In this document: positions 1-13,142 of the stretch, piece by piece | Numbering within the stretch: the first letter of the stretch is position 1 | How the letters are laid out: the number at the start of each line of letters is the position of its first letter | Assembly (NCBI GenBank): GCA_030704615.1 | Contig: CM060731.1 | Span: 78,554,001 to 78,618,000 of the forward strand | DNA: 64,000 bases | From: Takakia lepidozioides | Taxonomy: Eukaryota > Plantae > Bryophyta | Direction of reading: 5' to 3' | The notes under the pieces: model-generated | What the model was told of the DNA's origin: nothing | Databases searched by the model: none | Seen by the model: only the letters and a program-made list of their open reading frames with translations | Program-made: the position numbers and the translations under genes

Positions 1-270
1 TGTCACAGCCCCTCACAGCCCGTCACGGCCCCAAAGGCCTCAGGCACGGCCTGTCACAGCCCCTCACAGCCCGTCATAGCCCCACAGGCCACTGGGCACA
101 GCCCGTCACAGCCCCACAGGCCACTGGGCACAGCCTGTCACAGCCCCTCACAGCCCCTCACAGCTCGCCACAGCCCCTCACAGCCCCAAAGGCCACCGGC
201 GCAGCCCGGCACAGCCCATCACAGCCCTGAAGGCCACCGGCACAGCCCCTCACAGCCCCTCACAGCCCCA
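1..270. repeat. Degenerate tandem repeat (CACAGCCC-based, ~11-30 bp units)
   Basis: Repeated tcacagcccc / ggcacagccc motifs visible in the sequence. Confidence 0.9.
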
Positions 271-1789
271 TCCATGGCCGCTCTGGCATTTTAGCCATTT
301 CTCCAAGGGGTTTAACCACGCCAAGCTAGGGTTTATGTCTCTTGGACTCTAGGCTTCTTTCCACCGAGCTATGGCGGCTGTGAGGAAATCAGCAAGGTAT
401 TCTTGCTCTTTCGGCTCCCACACACCCCATAGTAGCCCTAAGCCATGAGGTGGTTGCCACAAACCAAGCCTTCTTTCTCACTTAGCCTCCCCAAACACGC
501 CACTAAACTCAATGGCAAACAACCAAGCCCTGCTGGTTCCCAGCCCTTGTGAGCACTCATTCAAGCACTCTCCTGGCCATAGCATCTGTCTTAGAGCCTA
601 TTCCAGCCCCCTACACCTGCTGCTTCAAGAGTTGCGCTCCTTTCAAGCTTGAAGTTGAAACCCCAACTCACATAGGCCCTACAAGTGTTTTTCTTTCACT
701 CCAAGTGGAAACCAGCCCTAGACCTTCCGTTCTAGCTCTCTAAAGCTTGAAAACAAGAGCCTCAATGGGCTGAAGGCATGCTCCACACATGCCCCACTCT
801 CACCATAAGAGAATCAGCTCCTTTGCTTCATTTCTTGCACCCACAAACCTGAAAATACAAGCTTCAGCAGGCTGAAAGCATGCTCCACATGCCCTACAGG
901 GAAACCAGCCCCTTCCTTCCTTTCTTGCACTCCCACACCTGAAAGTGCAAGCCTTCACCAGGCTGATAGCATGCTCCACACATGCATTGCCCTCACATAA
1001 GGGAAGTCAGCCCTTCCCTCTTCCTTGCTTGCCCTCCAAGCTTGAAGATGGAAGCTTCAATGAGCTGAATACATGCTCCACACATGCAACCTCTTCACAC
1101 AAGAGATATCAGCCCCCTATCTTGGCTCCTTGGCTCCTTGATGCTCTCTAAAACAAGACTAAGCACTCCACAGCCTTTGCCAAGCTCCTAAAACCCTAAG
1201 GCTTACATTTCCAGCCACAAGACACTTCTCTTGTGGTGCAAGAGCTCTTCTTCCAAGCTCTGAAACCCTAGGTGCACATTCCATGGCCTTGCCGCACCAC
1301 TTAGCTCCTGTTCCAGCCCTGCTCTTGCCATGACAAGAGCCCTCTCAATGCTGAAGCTCGAGATTGAAACCCAATCTCATCATACTCCACAAAGTGCACT
1401 GATTTGCCCAAAGCCAAATCAGCCCTTTCGCTTGGTCTTGCAATCCTTCACACAATGAAAGCTCACATTCCCAAGTCCAGTTCTCAGCTTTGCCACCAAA
1501 GCCACTATAACCTGCTCTTGACTGGTCCTCTTCCCAATCGTGCTTGCTCATGCATGTACACAATCTGAAACCATCAAGGTGCTCTGGAATTACCTGCAGC
1601 ATGGTGCTTTCATCTCTGAAGCTGAAGGTCTACCACCTCGTAACCCACATCGCCTCTGCTTCTAACAACCAAGAGCTCCACGGTGCTCCTTGCATAACAA
1701 CTTGGTTTCTCTCATTCTCAAGCAAAAACCACAAGTGCTACAACTAACTCGTATCTGGCACTCACAGATACGAGTTCATCTTTCTCGAG

Positions 1790-2116
1790 TGATAAAGATG
1801 AAGAATACAAGCACAAGCTCATGCGAGCTCACAAAGCTGAAGCATAAACTCATGCATATATAACCTCATCACTCAAATACAAGTCAAGCCAAGTGCACCC
1901 CACGCCATGGGGAATCCACACTACGGCGCCATAGCTAGGCGCGGTGAGGCTCAACTCGAGAAAGATGAGCCTCCCGCGCTTGCCGTGAAGATAACCACTC
2001 CAGGGCCTAAATCTGCCTTGACCCCTGGATTGACACTTGGGCCAATCCCAAATGTCAATATGTAAAAGCTAGCTATTTCCTAGCTAGTGTCACACTAGTG
2101 GTAAAATAACTTGACA
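1790..2116 (-). repeat. LTR of copy C (TGTCAAG...CTTTATCA on the minus strand)
   Basis: TG...CA termini; aligns along its length with 12339-12655 and 23770-24087. Confidence 0.9.
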
Positions 2117-2588
2117 AGCCACATGTGTAGCATCCTGCCATAGAAACTCAAAAGACTTCATTCCTATGACAAATTGAAGACCTTTCTGAGTCATGGACCA
2201 GAGAAAACATAGTAAAATGGTAGCGTGTTCATATATGAGAGAGAGTCCAAGGGACACAAGGATAGCAACACAGTAGAACCACTGTAAACCAAATTATAGA
2301 GCCATAGAAACCCAAAAACAACTGGAGCCACCAACAGGGCACAAAGGCAAAGTGCCTACAAGAACTTCTATGTTGTTCATCCATTTCCTGGACAACCACA
2401 TTGTGATAGAGGTAATGCCTTAGTGGTTCGGTTATGTATCCAATCCTCACAGCTAAAGCCTTCTTTGAGGGAGAGCGATGTACTCATAAGATGTTTGCCA
2501 TAGCCTTGTGGCCATAGACCCCATGCCCAATTTGGGTGGAACAAAAGGGAAGACACTACCTTTGTGAGGGGCTCACTCCAGTGGTGGG

Positions 2589-3204
2589 GCTTTATGGAAT
2601 ACCAAATGCTCGACAATTTCACTATCATCTACAACCCTCAACAAATCATCTACAATCCTCGACAAATCAACCACTAGTGGTTGTAGATGATTTGTCCAGG
2701 GTTGATTTTGTGGGCAAACGGTATGCGTTGGAATACCAAATGCCCATGTCTTCATCCCACTTGTTCAGCAAATATTCTCTAATAGATTCTTAGATCCTTC
2801 AAATTCATGCTTAGATGCTTTCATCTTTGATTTGTCGGGCATTTGGTACACGAAGGAATATTGTATGACCACAACCCTCGACAAATCAACTTAGTTGTTC
2901 ACACCACTTGTTGACAACATGGGCGTCAACAACGTAGGTGGCGCAACTAAGGCAGGCGGCGCCAACAAGGTTGGTGGCGCCACTAAGGGAGGCGCCGCCA
3001 GGTTGTTGGCACAACTTAGTTCAGATTGGCACAACCTAATTTCTGATATATATATATACGTACAGGGTTTAGGGTCATTTGCATAATTCAAATATGATGA
3101 GACTTTGTCTTTAAGAATGTTGGACTATATCGTAATAATTTGATGATATTTGAAGAACAACTAGATCTAATATGTGGACGTATAATCTATAGTGTTCTAG
3201 TTTA
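2589..3204. repeat. Outer left arm of a long inverted repeat (partner 9480-10087)
   Basis: Reverse complement of 9480-10087; mirrored ORFs 2891..3091(-)/9593..9805(+) and 2536..2793(+)/9903..10145(-). Confidence 0.9.
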
Positions 3205-4400
3205 TTTGTATTACTTAGAATTTTTATATTATGAGATATGCAATAAAATATTGTGAATTAAAAAAATCACAAAGGGGTAGAGATTGAATTAAAATATATC
3301 CTATAACAGCCTAATTAAATGCATATGAAATATCACAATTCAGTGTTCACTCTTACATGTGTTTCTATTATTATATTGGTCATTTATATGTACAGAGTCT
3401 CATAAGTAGAATATTTTCATTGTCCTGCAATAAGTTATTTTCAATTAAAAATACAAGGATGTGTGAGACCGGATTATTAAAAAATTATTTAAAAAAAAAT
3501 GCAGATAAGATTTCATAATTTAATATTCACTCGTACATGCACTTGCTATTATTATATAGATCATTTATGTGTATCCCATGAATTCAAGAAGATTATGAGT
3601 AACCTATGCATAGGATGGATGCATAGGAATTGTGATAAAGAACAATTGGATCTAATAACATGTGTGCACATATACTCTATAGTTTTCTAGTTTGTTCGTA
3701 ATACTTGGAATTTTTGTATTGACAGATATGCAATGAAATATTTTGTATTAAAAATAACTACAAATATGTGACAGATCGAATTAAAATCTATCCTATAACA
3801 GCCTTTTAAAATGCATATAAAATATCACAATTCCCTGTTCATTCTTACATGCACCTCCTATTATTATATTGATCATTTATGTGTACAAAATTTTTCATTG
3901 TCGTGCAATAAGTTGTTTTAAATAAAAAAATCACATGGATTTTGGAGATCAAATTGAAAAAATGAATAACAAATATCATTTTAATATGCAGATTAGATTT
4001 TATAATTCAATATTCAATCTAACATGCACCTCCTATTATTATATAGATCATTTATGTGTATCGCATGAACTAAGTGACCTATACAACTGAGTGTTCCGAG
4101 TGACCTATACATAGGCTGCACGATTTAGAGATGATGTAGATATATAGTCAATGCATTTCTGTACTTAAATACTTATAAATGTTTGAAATATTGTGTTCAT
4201 AAAACTTAGAATGTTTTGTATTGCTAGACATGCAATGCAATGTTCTCAATAAAAAATCACAAGGATGCAACAAACGAAATATAAAAGATTATATAGCATC
4301 ATTTATAAATAGGTATAAGTTTTAACAATTTAATTTTCATTTCTACAATGTACATGACACATGTACCCCCCAATATTACGTAGGTCATTTATAATAAGTA
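3205..4400. repeat. Degenerate AT-rich tandem repeat (~180 bp subunits, ~490 bp higher-order period)
   Basis: Motif ttacatgcac..ctattattatat.gatcatttat recurs near 3350, 3530, 3845, 4020 and 4340; acttagaatttt.tatt recurs near 3213, 3703 and 4203. Confidence 0.7.
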
Positions 4401-4444
4401 TATCATATAACCAAGATGAAGTACTTATACAAACAAGCAACATC

Positions 4445-4447
<3 letters not shown>

Positions 4448-4478
<31 letters not shown>
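4448..4478. repeat. (AT)n microsatellite
   Basis: Visible in the sequence. Confidence 0.95.
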
Positions 4479-4483
<5 letters not shown>

Positions 4484-5296
4484 TGCAAATGACAACATGT
4501 CACTTGTAAATATTGTGTGCTTTTTCTTCATGGAGTTATTGTCTCCTCCACTAGACTACACAAAGCAATGTCCCTAAATCCCAAAAATAATGTTTCTTTG
4601 CACATAGAAGTACTAAAACCCAAAAGTAAATGAATGGGCGGGGTCTACCTATATCACATGGCTAGAAATGACATACAGTTCAATTTAAAAAGTCTTCTTC
4701 AATTAATGTTACCTTATGGCCCTGTTTAGGTTAATTTTTTCCTCTATCTTTTAAATTTGAGTAACTCGACCTTTGTCCCGTTTGGATGGAGTTGCATCTG
4801 ATTGATGCATCTGGAGTTCTTGTGTTGTCCGGCCATATCACAAAACTCTAGCTCTCTAGCACTTATGGATAGAGTTGGACAGACAAACTCTAGCTCTCTA
4901 AAAGGACACAATACCTATATGGGGAAGAGGCTCTTCTTGACGCTACCTTTGGTTGTCGTCGATATACATATATATGATTTTAATACATGATTATTACATT
5001 CAACGGTTAGTATATAGAATATAGAGTATACTATGTATCATTATACAAAATAAAGCCATAACTCTGCTTATTTTATTGTATATATATTATGCGGCTTGTA
5101 TTTGTGTAATATAGAATCTCTCTTTAGATCTTAGATATCATAATTCCATATTAATGCAATATGACCATGCTTCCTACTACTTTAAGTTCATCGTTGATAT
5201 ATAGGTTCATCGCTGGTTTCTTGGTTTTTATGTTCTGATTATTATTTGTACTTTCAGTTCTCCATCAATGAAATATTGAGAATCAGTCAAAAATTA

Positions 5297-6831
5297 TTGA
5301 CTTGATGAATATGGATTGAAAATATAGTAACACAAATTAATACAACATCTTGTTAGTTTGGGTGGTATAGGGACCATAAATAAAAACTGCGTGTCAACAG
5401 AATACCATGTTTGATCTATCACTGCAAGAATATCATTCGTCCATTACTTCTCTTGAGATATGGAAGGTCGCAATGATGCAAGAGATCATATGAGCCACTA
5501 AGATGAGACATGTATAATGGATATGAGCAGTTGTATATAAGAGGAAGAAGTAGACTAGGATCTATACTCTATAGAATTAAAAACGGTGGAAGATAGAGAA
5601 GAAAAAAAATGAAGACAAACATGTAAGTTACACATCATGTACACCAATGTTGTTCTGAAGCAATAAAGTTGATTGCATAATCCCCCATCAATTGATGCAC
5701 TAGCCATAGTAGTTTTGTTACAATAATATTTGTTGCAGGATTCATATTTACACATAAACTGGGCAGTAACAAAAGATTATAATGAGAACCAACATTCAAT
5801 GTATGGGAACGGTTGAAAAGATAATAAGAAGTAAGTTTGCAAGAGGAGAGGAGGTGACACTTGAATGAAAGGTATAGAAGTTTAGCGATCCTTAATTTTT
5901 GACATTGATTTCTAGTCTTCTCTTTGAGTAAACAAAAGCCAATAAATAATATAACAAAATTGTTCTAATGCCTCTTGAAAACATATTAATTATAGCCTAA
6001 ATGTGTGTTTATTTCAGCTTGAGCAAAGTACATGAAAAAAGAGAAGAAAAAAACAAGGAATAAATAATCCTCATTCTCATATCCCATTGTGTCGAAACAT
6101 TATATCGCCAAAATGTTGCTTACAACTATGAATCATATATCCACTGGTAAACTCTGTGAATTCAAGAATTTGCACTTGGTCCACACTACGACTTCAACAT
6201 GCTGAATTTTCTAGAATACCGGCCGATGAAAATATGCTAAGATCTAAGATAAATGTATATGGAATATGATACCAATGTAAGAGTATCAACTTATAAGAGT
6301 TCGTTATCCCTCACCTCTATCAAACGTACATCCCAATTTAAACATGATATTTTTGTAAGAGTATCGACACAAAATCCTTTTATATAGTAATCTGATTTAA
6401 TATCATGATCCGTTCGTGGGCTTACATTGGACTTAAAAATGACTGTGGCTCTTCTACAACTCTTTCCAAATTTGTAAGAAATTATTATCAAACGCCACAA
6501 CCATTTTCTACTTGTGGATTGCGAATGCTCCCAAACGCTAGAAATTAATATTGGCCAAAGCGCTTTTCTACTTCCAGTTCATAATCTTGTATTTAAGACC
6601 CCAGGTCCCCATGACTAATCATGTTTTCAATCACTCCCACTTCACATTCCCAACCCCGCCCCCCTTCATATTTATGTAGACTACCGAATGTATACGTTTC
6701 AGAAATTCAATGCTTCAATACATCAAACAAGTCAAAGATACTCAACTAGCTTTTTAAAAAAACAAAAAAATACTTGTCCATTTTGTGGTATTATATGTCA
6801 AAAATACTGATAGTCTGGTGAAAATATATGG
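5297..6831. repeat. Inner left arm of a long inverted repeat (partner 7939-9476)
   Basis: Near-identical reverse complement; identical mirrored ORFs 6291..6500(-)/8273..8482(+) and near-identical 5555..5755(-)/9021..9218(+). Confidence 0.95.
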
Positions 6832-7229
6832 TTGAAAATATAGTAACATCCATCAAATGTTCATATAATTAAGCCGATTACCACACATTCATTAACATAT
6901 GTATATATATATATATGGCTTTGAAGACATCATACTTCAATGATTAACTATAATTTTAATGCAACATCACCATGTCTGGTGGTAAGACACTCGAGTAGAA
7001 GAGAAGAGAGAAGAAGAAGACTCCGGTCGAAGCCGACGTAATTAAGAGCCACTTTGTTTTGCAGCTATTGCCCCTTACAGAGGTGGGCCCTATGTAAAAA
7101 TTGAGGCCCATGGGATACCCTGGGGCAGATTGGGAGAACGGTAGTAGTGGTGAAGGGTGCCGCTTGGCACTCGTGGGCCCATGGGTACCAGTGGTACCCA
7201 GAGGCGTATGAGGTGCCTAGGAAGCGGGA

Positions 7230-7938
7230 GGGAGACTGGATTCGAGTTTGTCGTTTGTTGGTGATGATTGCAATGAGGGATCGGAGCGCGCGGTGAGGTG
7301 TATTGCTTTGAAACAATTGTGAATAGATGTGATAGGGATTTAAAAATTATTTTGAAGGGTAGAGATGCTGGCATTATGGATGCCTCATCTGGTGCCAGTA
7401 GTTACGACAGTGAGTGGGCCGGTGCCCCACCCTCGTCGGCGGATGCCAACGATTAATGGTGCGTACTTTTTACGTTTTTCTAGAATAGAGGCGCTAGGGA
7501 AGCAGTCGTGGCAGTATATGAATTTTATAAAATGTATGGTGATGCCTGATGATGGTGAATGAGGGGGGGGGAGTTAAGGGGGAGGCCCTAGACTATGAGG
7601 ATGTCCGGGCATAGTTTAGCGGGGCATGTGCAGGACCCGCAAGGTTGACAGATACGTGGAAGGAGCCAAGTACATACTATATGGTCTGGAGGCCGACCCT
7701 GGTAGGTGCCGGCGTTGATGAGTGTAAACCATCTGGTTGCACTACATTGTAAGAGAAGTTTGTGGATGTGCCATACGGCGTGATTATGACGAGCGATTCG
7801 CAACCCTGTGGATGACAGGGTGTGGACATTCGCTGAGAATACGAGGCCAAGTATCACGTTTGGCATGAAGGTGTGAGCAGAGTGGGCAGTGTGGGGATGG
7901 GAATAGGGTTGGCCAGAAGGTGTGTTTGCGTTGATGGC
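7230..7938 (-). mobile_element. Decayed 3' fragment of a non-LTR retrotransposon with a CCHC finger and restriction-like endonuclease (RLE)
   Basis: Translation across stops and frameshifts: CPLC-x12-(H>R)ILSEC...LRIARHNHAV...PDILIV...IHFIKFIYCHD...EKRKKYAPL...GW..PLTVVTTG. This is the CCHC-RHN-PD-(D/E)-K..KY order of RLE-clade elements. Confidence 0.75.
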
Positions 7939-10087
7939 CCATATATTTTCACCAGACTATCAGTATTTTTGACATATAATACCACAAAATGGACAAGTGT
8001 TTTTTTTTTGTTTTTTTTAAAAGCTAATTGAGTATCTTTGACTTGTTTGATGTATTGAAGCATTGAATTTCTGAAACGTATACATTCGGCAGTCTACATA
8101 AATATGAAGGGAGGCGGGGTTGGGAATGTGAAGTGGGAGTGATTGAAAACATGATTAGTCATGGGGACCTGGGGTCTTAAATACAAGATTATGAACTGGA
8201 AGTAGAAAAGCGCTTTGGCCAATATTAATTTCTAGCGTTTGGGAGCATTCGCAATCCACAAGTAGAAAATGGTTGTGGCGTTTGATAATAATTTCTTACA
8301 AATTTGGAAAGAGTTGTAGAAGAGCCACAGTCATTTTTAAGTCCAATGTAAGCCCACGAACGGATCATGATATTAAATCAGATTACTATATAAAAGGGTT
8401 TTGTGTCGATACTCTTACAAAAATATCATGTTTAAATTGGGATGTACGTTTGATAGAGGTGAGGGATAACGAACTCTTATAAGTTGATACTCTTACATTG
8501 GTATCATATTCCATATACATTTATCTTAGATCTTAGCATATTTTCATCGGCCGGTATCCTAGAAAATTCAGCATGTTGAAGTCGTAGTGTGGACCAAGTG
8601 CAAATTCTTGAATTCACAGAGTTTACCAGTGGATATATGATTCATAGTTGTAAGCAACATTTTGGCGATATAATGTTTTGACACAATGGGATATGAGAAT
8701 GAGGATTATTTATTCCTTGTTTTTTTCTTCTCTTTTTTCATGTACTTTGCTCAAGCTGAAATAAACACACATTTAGGCTCTAATTAATATGTTTTCAAGA
8801 GGCATTAGAACAATTTTGTTATATTATTTATTGGCTTTTGTTTACTCAAAGAGAAGACTAGAAATCAATGTCAAAAATTAAGGATCGCTAAACTCCTATT
8901 ATGCCTTTCATTCAAGTGTCACCTCCTCTCCTCTTGCAAATTTACTTCTTATTATCTTTTCAACCGTTCCCATACATTGAATGTTGGTTCTCATTATAAT
9001 CTTTTGTTACTGCCCAGTTTATGTGTAAATATGAATCCTGCAACAAATATTATTGTAACAAAACTACTATGGCTAGTGCATCAATTGATGGGGGATTATG
9101 CAATCAACTTTATTGCTTCAGAACAACATTGGTGTACATGATGTGTAACTTACATGTTTGTCTTCATTTTTCTTCTCTATCTTCCACCGTTTTTAATTCT
9201 ATAGAGTATAGATCCTAGTCTACTTCTTCATCTTATATACAACTGCTCATATCCATTATACATGTCTCATCTTAGTGGCTCATAGGATCTCTTGCATCAT
9301 TGCGACCTTCCATATCTCAAGAGAAGTAATGGACGAATGATATTCTTGCAGTGATAGATCAAACATGGTATTCTGTTGACACGCAGTTTTTATTTATGGT
9401 CCCTATACCACCCAAACTAACAAGATGTTGTATTAATTTGTGTTACTATATTTTCAATCCATATTCATCAAGTCAACCCTAAACTAGAACACTATAGATT
9501 ATACATCCACATATTAGATCTAGTTGTTCTTTAAATATCATCAAATTATTACGGTATAGTCCAACACTCTTAAAGACAAGGTCTCATCATATTTGAATTA
9601 TGCAAATGACCCTAAATTCTCTACGTATATATATATATTTATTTATTTATCAGAAATTAGGTTGTGCCAATCTGAACTAAGTTGTGCCAACAACCTGGCG
9701 GCGCCTCCCTTAGTGGTGCCACCAACCTTGTTGGCGCCCCCTGCCTTAGTGGCGCCACCTACGTTGTTGACGCCCATGTTGTCAACAAGTGGTGTGAACA
9801 ACTAAGTTGATTTGTCGAGGGCCGTGGTCATACGGTATTCCTTCGTGTACCAAATGCCCGACAAATCAAAGATGAAAGCATCTAAGCATGAATTTGAAGG
9901 ATCTAAGAATTTATTAGAGAATATTTGTTGAACAAGCGGGATGAAGACATGGGCATTTGGTATTCCAACGCATACCGTTTGCCCACAAAATCAACCCTGG
10001 ACAAATCATCTACAACCACTAGTGGTTGATTTGTCGAGGGTTGTAGATGATAGTGAAATTGTCGAGCATTTGATATTCCGTAGGGCT
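7939..10087. repeat. Right arm of the long inverted repeat (7939-9476 pairs with 5297-6831; 9480-10087 pairs with 2589-3204)
   Basis: Direct reverse-complement comparison. Confidence 0.9.
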
Positions 10088-10431
10088 TACCATGGTGGAA
10101 CCAATTAGTTCGGGCTTTCCAGATATCCTCTAGAAAGCCCTTCACACAAGCATCAATCTGCCGTGGGTGAGGTGCCCACCAAGGTCTGTAGGCTCAGCCT
10201 AGAGATTTTCAAAGTTGGTGACCAGAGTTGCAGGAACGATGTTCTTGATGTATCAGAAAATGGATATTGACTTCAAGCTGCCTACACATCAAGAATCTCC
10301 TTTTCTTCTCTGCATCTGCATCTGTTCATTCCATTTGTCTCATAGCAAACGAGATACATTAACACCGACGTTCACAAGTCTACCAGAACACCCACTTGTA
10401 ATATATATCAATTCAGTTTATATATATTAAC

Positions 10432-11108
10432 CAGTGTTGGTCTGGTATCTGGGTTTCGCCGGGTATCAAACCGGGTCTCTCCTAACCTAACCTACTGTAC
10501 TCTGTTCCTGTAAACATTTGTAGTACCCTACCAGAAGGTTCTCGAGTTACCTAGCGGCCCCACAAACCCTAACAGACGGCGGTTAGGTTCGGATCAGAGC
10601 TCGACTCGTCGCTGCAGGTCTGTTCGGGTATCATGTTAATATGCACTGGGTACTTTGTAACGTAGAGTAGAGATTTAGGGCTCGGGGCATATACTGGCTG
10701 TTTTGATTATAACATCTTCATTTGCGAGACACTATGGATGATTAAGTGTATAATTGTATAGGGGTTGGTATCATATGAGATGAGCAGGTTTCCCTTGTGG
10801 TTTTCTTGAATATTCAAATGGCCATTTGAATAGTTCAACTGGCCATTCCAATATTGAATACTAGTACCATTTTTATTTTATTATTTTTTAATATCATATC
10901 CGACCTCATATTTCTAAGTTATTGAGATTTAGATACCATTGCTCATATCCAGATGATTTTTTTTTTAAAACCACACTATGCATACCAGATTCATACTTGA
11001 AAAAATCAGGGGCTGCATTATTGGAAAACCTACCTGCCTTAAGAAAAATCAGCATTGCATACCAGGACCCTTATGGTATTTCCAATTCAAGATACTAGAC
11101 CAACACTG
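10432..11108. mobile_element. Non-autonomous hAT-type element (MITE)
   Basis: TIRs CAGTGTTGGTCTGGTATCT / AGATACTAGACCAACACTG; 8-bp TSD ATATTAAC / GTATTAAC (7/8 match). Confidence 0.85.
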
Positions 11109-11504
11109 GTATTAACCTTTAATTTTATTATTATTTTATTTGTGCAATTTATTTAATCAATATATGAAGGAAGCCAGTTTGTTTTGTTTTGTTTTGTTTT
11201 GTAGCATTGATATGTCCCCAACCGCGGGGCCCAACGGTTGGGGGCGCGCTGGTGCTTGGTACCGTTGGAAAGCCCTTGACGAGGAGGGGTGCACGGGCTT
11301 GGTTTCACGATTTGTGGACCCGGGGTGTGGGAGATGTGGAATTCCAAGTACTTTTGGTCTCTAGAAATTCACAAAAAATAGCAAAAATGGCAAAGTGGGC
11401 ATTCCTAGACAATGGTTAGAGCCTCGACGGGAGAGATATCAAGGGAAAGGTCTCCAGTTCAAATCAGGTCGTCGGTTCTATAAAAAAAAATGATTGGACT
11501 TAGA

Positions 11505-11742
11505 TGACATAGATGACATTGGACACTTGGGCCAACGGCACAGGCTACCCTAGAGGTTGTACTTGGGCCTTGACATAGGAGACGCATTGGGTTACATATG
11601 AGATCTTGCACTTGGGCTTAGATGACACTGGACACTTGGGTCAACGGCACAGGCTACCCTAGAGGTTGCACTTGGGGTTCGACATAGGAGACGCACTTGG
11701 ATAAGAGACTGCACTTGGGCCAACGGCACAGGCTACCCTAGT
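11505..11742 (+). repeat. Three ~110-bp tandem units sharing CACTTGGGCCAACGGCACAGGCTACCCTAG; possible Helitron-like 3' end
   Basis: The repeat is visible; the last unit ends CTAG|T. The Helitron assignment is inference only. Confidence 0.55.
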
Positions 11743-12103
11743 TAGTTAATAATTTACAGAAATTGTATCACCGCTCGGATGAATTTTAAAAATTGCCGCA
11801 TCACTTCAGTGTCCCACAGCACAGCCTAGTCACAATAATCCTTCAACCAAGCAATATTTGCCTCAAGTATTTATCATTGTGGTTTATGATGATTCTCAGT
11901 GTTACCCCTTCACTGCCCCTTTTATTTAGCATGTAACCCCAAAACTAAGCTATCCAAGCATTATTGCGAACTTGCATGTCTCTGGCCACTACGATATTCA
12001 TGGGATCCGATTAATACACACTCACACCACACAATTTACACTTCACCATATCATCTTGGGTCAACCATTTAGTTCATTTCAGCCCACTATAGGCCTTATA
12101 TAT

Positions 12104-12892
12104 GTTGTCGTGCGCATACATATCGCTACACAACTACATCGCTGTCCAAAACCACACATCACATGTGTATACCAAACACTAGTCTATAACTAATCCACCA
12201 CTAGTGCACCGCTAGTCCTGCCACTAGTGCAACCACTAGTCCAACACTAGTGCAGCCACTAGTCCAACACTAGGCTGCCACTAGCCACCACTAGTGCAGC
12301 TACTAGTCCACCACTAGGCTGCCACTAGCCCATCACAATGATAAAGAATGAGATTGATACAAACACACAAGCTCTCTCAAACTCACATACTTGCACATGA
12401 AAACATCACTCATATATTAAGTCCAGCCAAGTGCACCCACGCCATGGGGGATCCACACTACGGCGCCATAGCTAGACGCGGTGAGGCTCAACTCGAGAAA
12501 GATGAGCCCACCGCGATCTGCCGTGAAGATAACAACGTCAGGTGCCCAAACATGTATTGGCCCCTGGATTGACACTTGGATCAATCCCAAATGTCAATAT
12601 ATGAAAGCTAGCTATTTCCTAGCTAACTTCACACTAGTGGTAAAATATCTTGACAGCTATCGTGCGCATACATATCGGTACACAACTACATCGCTGTCCA
12701 AAACCACACAACACATGTGCACACCAAACAATAGTCTATAACTAGTCCACCACTAGTGCACCGCTAGTCTTGCCACTAGTGCAACCACTAGTCCACCACT
12801 AGTGCACCGCTAGTCTTGCCACTAGTGCAACCACTAGTCCACCACTAGTGCAGCCACTAGTCCATCACTAGGCTGCCACTAGCCCATCATAG
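12104..12892. repeat. ~235-bp direct repeats (12104-12338 and 12656-12892) rich in CCACTAGT units, abutting both sides of an LTR
   Basis: Both copies begin g(t/c)t(g/a)tcgtgcgcatacatatcg and end gccactagcccatca. Confidence 0.85.
12339..12655 (-). repeat. Downstream (3') LTR of copy A
   Basis: TGTCAAG...CTTTATCA; similar to 23770-24087. No TSD with the 5' LTR and no adjacent PPT. Confidence 0.8.
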
Positions 12893-13142
12893 CTGGCGCT
12901 TAGGTCCCTCTAAGTCCAGGTAGCCACAAGATGTGATAGTGGCCATAGCCTCACTAAGTCCTCCACCACTGTCCGTACTACACTCAAACTCAATAGATCA
13001 ATAGGCCGGGTACAAGAGACTTTGCCCCATCGTTAGTCGCTGTCTTGCAACGTGTGAACTTGAGCCTGAGATCTTGGGTATTGACTCCTATGAGCTTGGC
13101 CTCCCATGTCTTGTGAGCTGCCACTAATCATATCCACTGCCA

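Larger units (their letters stand above)
1..2116 (-). mobile_element. Partial LTR retroelement, copy C of the DNMT-gypsy family (5' LTR plus repeat-rich non-coding internal region, runs off the window start)
   Basis: LTR 1790-2116 is closely similar to the LTRs of copy A and is followed on the minus strand by the same PBS-position sequence CTCGAGAAAGATGA. No recognisable coding region in 1-1789. Confidence 0.8.

Noticed and set aside
5555-9218. Duplicated short ORFs as genes
   Set aside because: They are identical only because they lie in the inverted-repeat arms; no domain or coding signature.
12190-12890. CRISPR-like array (CCACTAGT repeats)
   Set aside because: Short degenerate tandem units with no unique spacers and no cas genes; eukaryotic transposon UTR.
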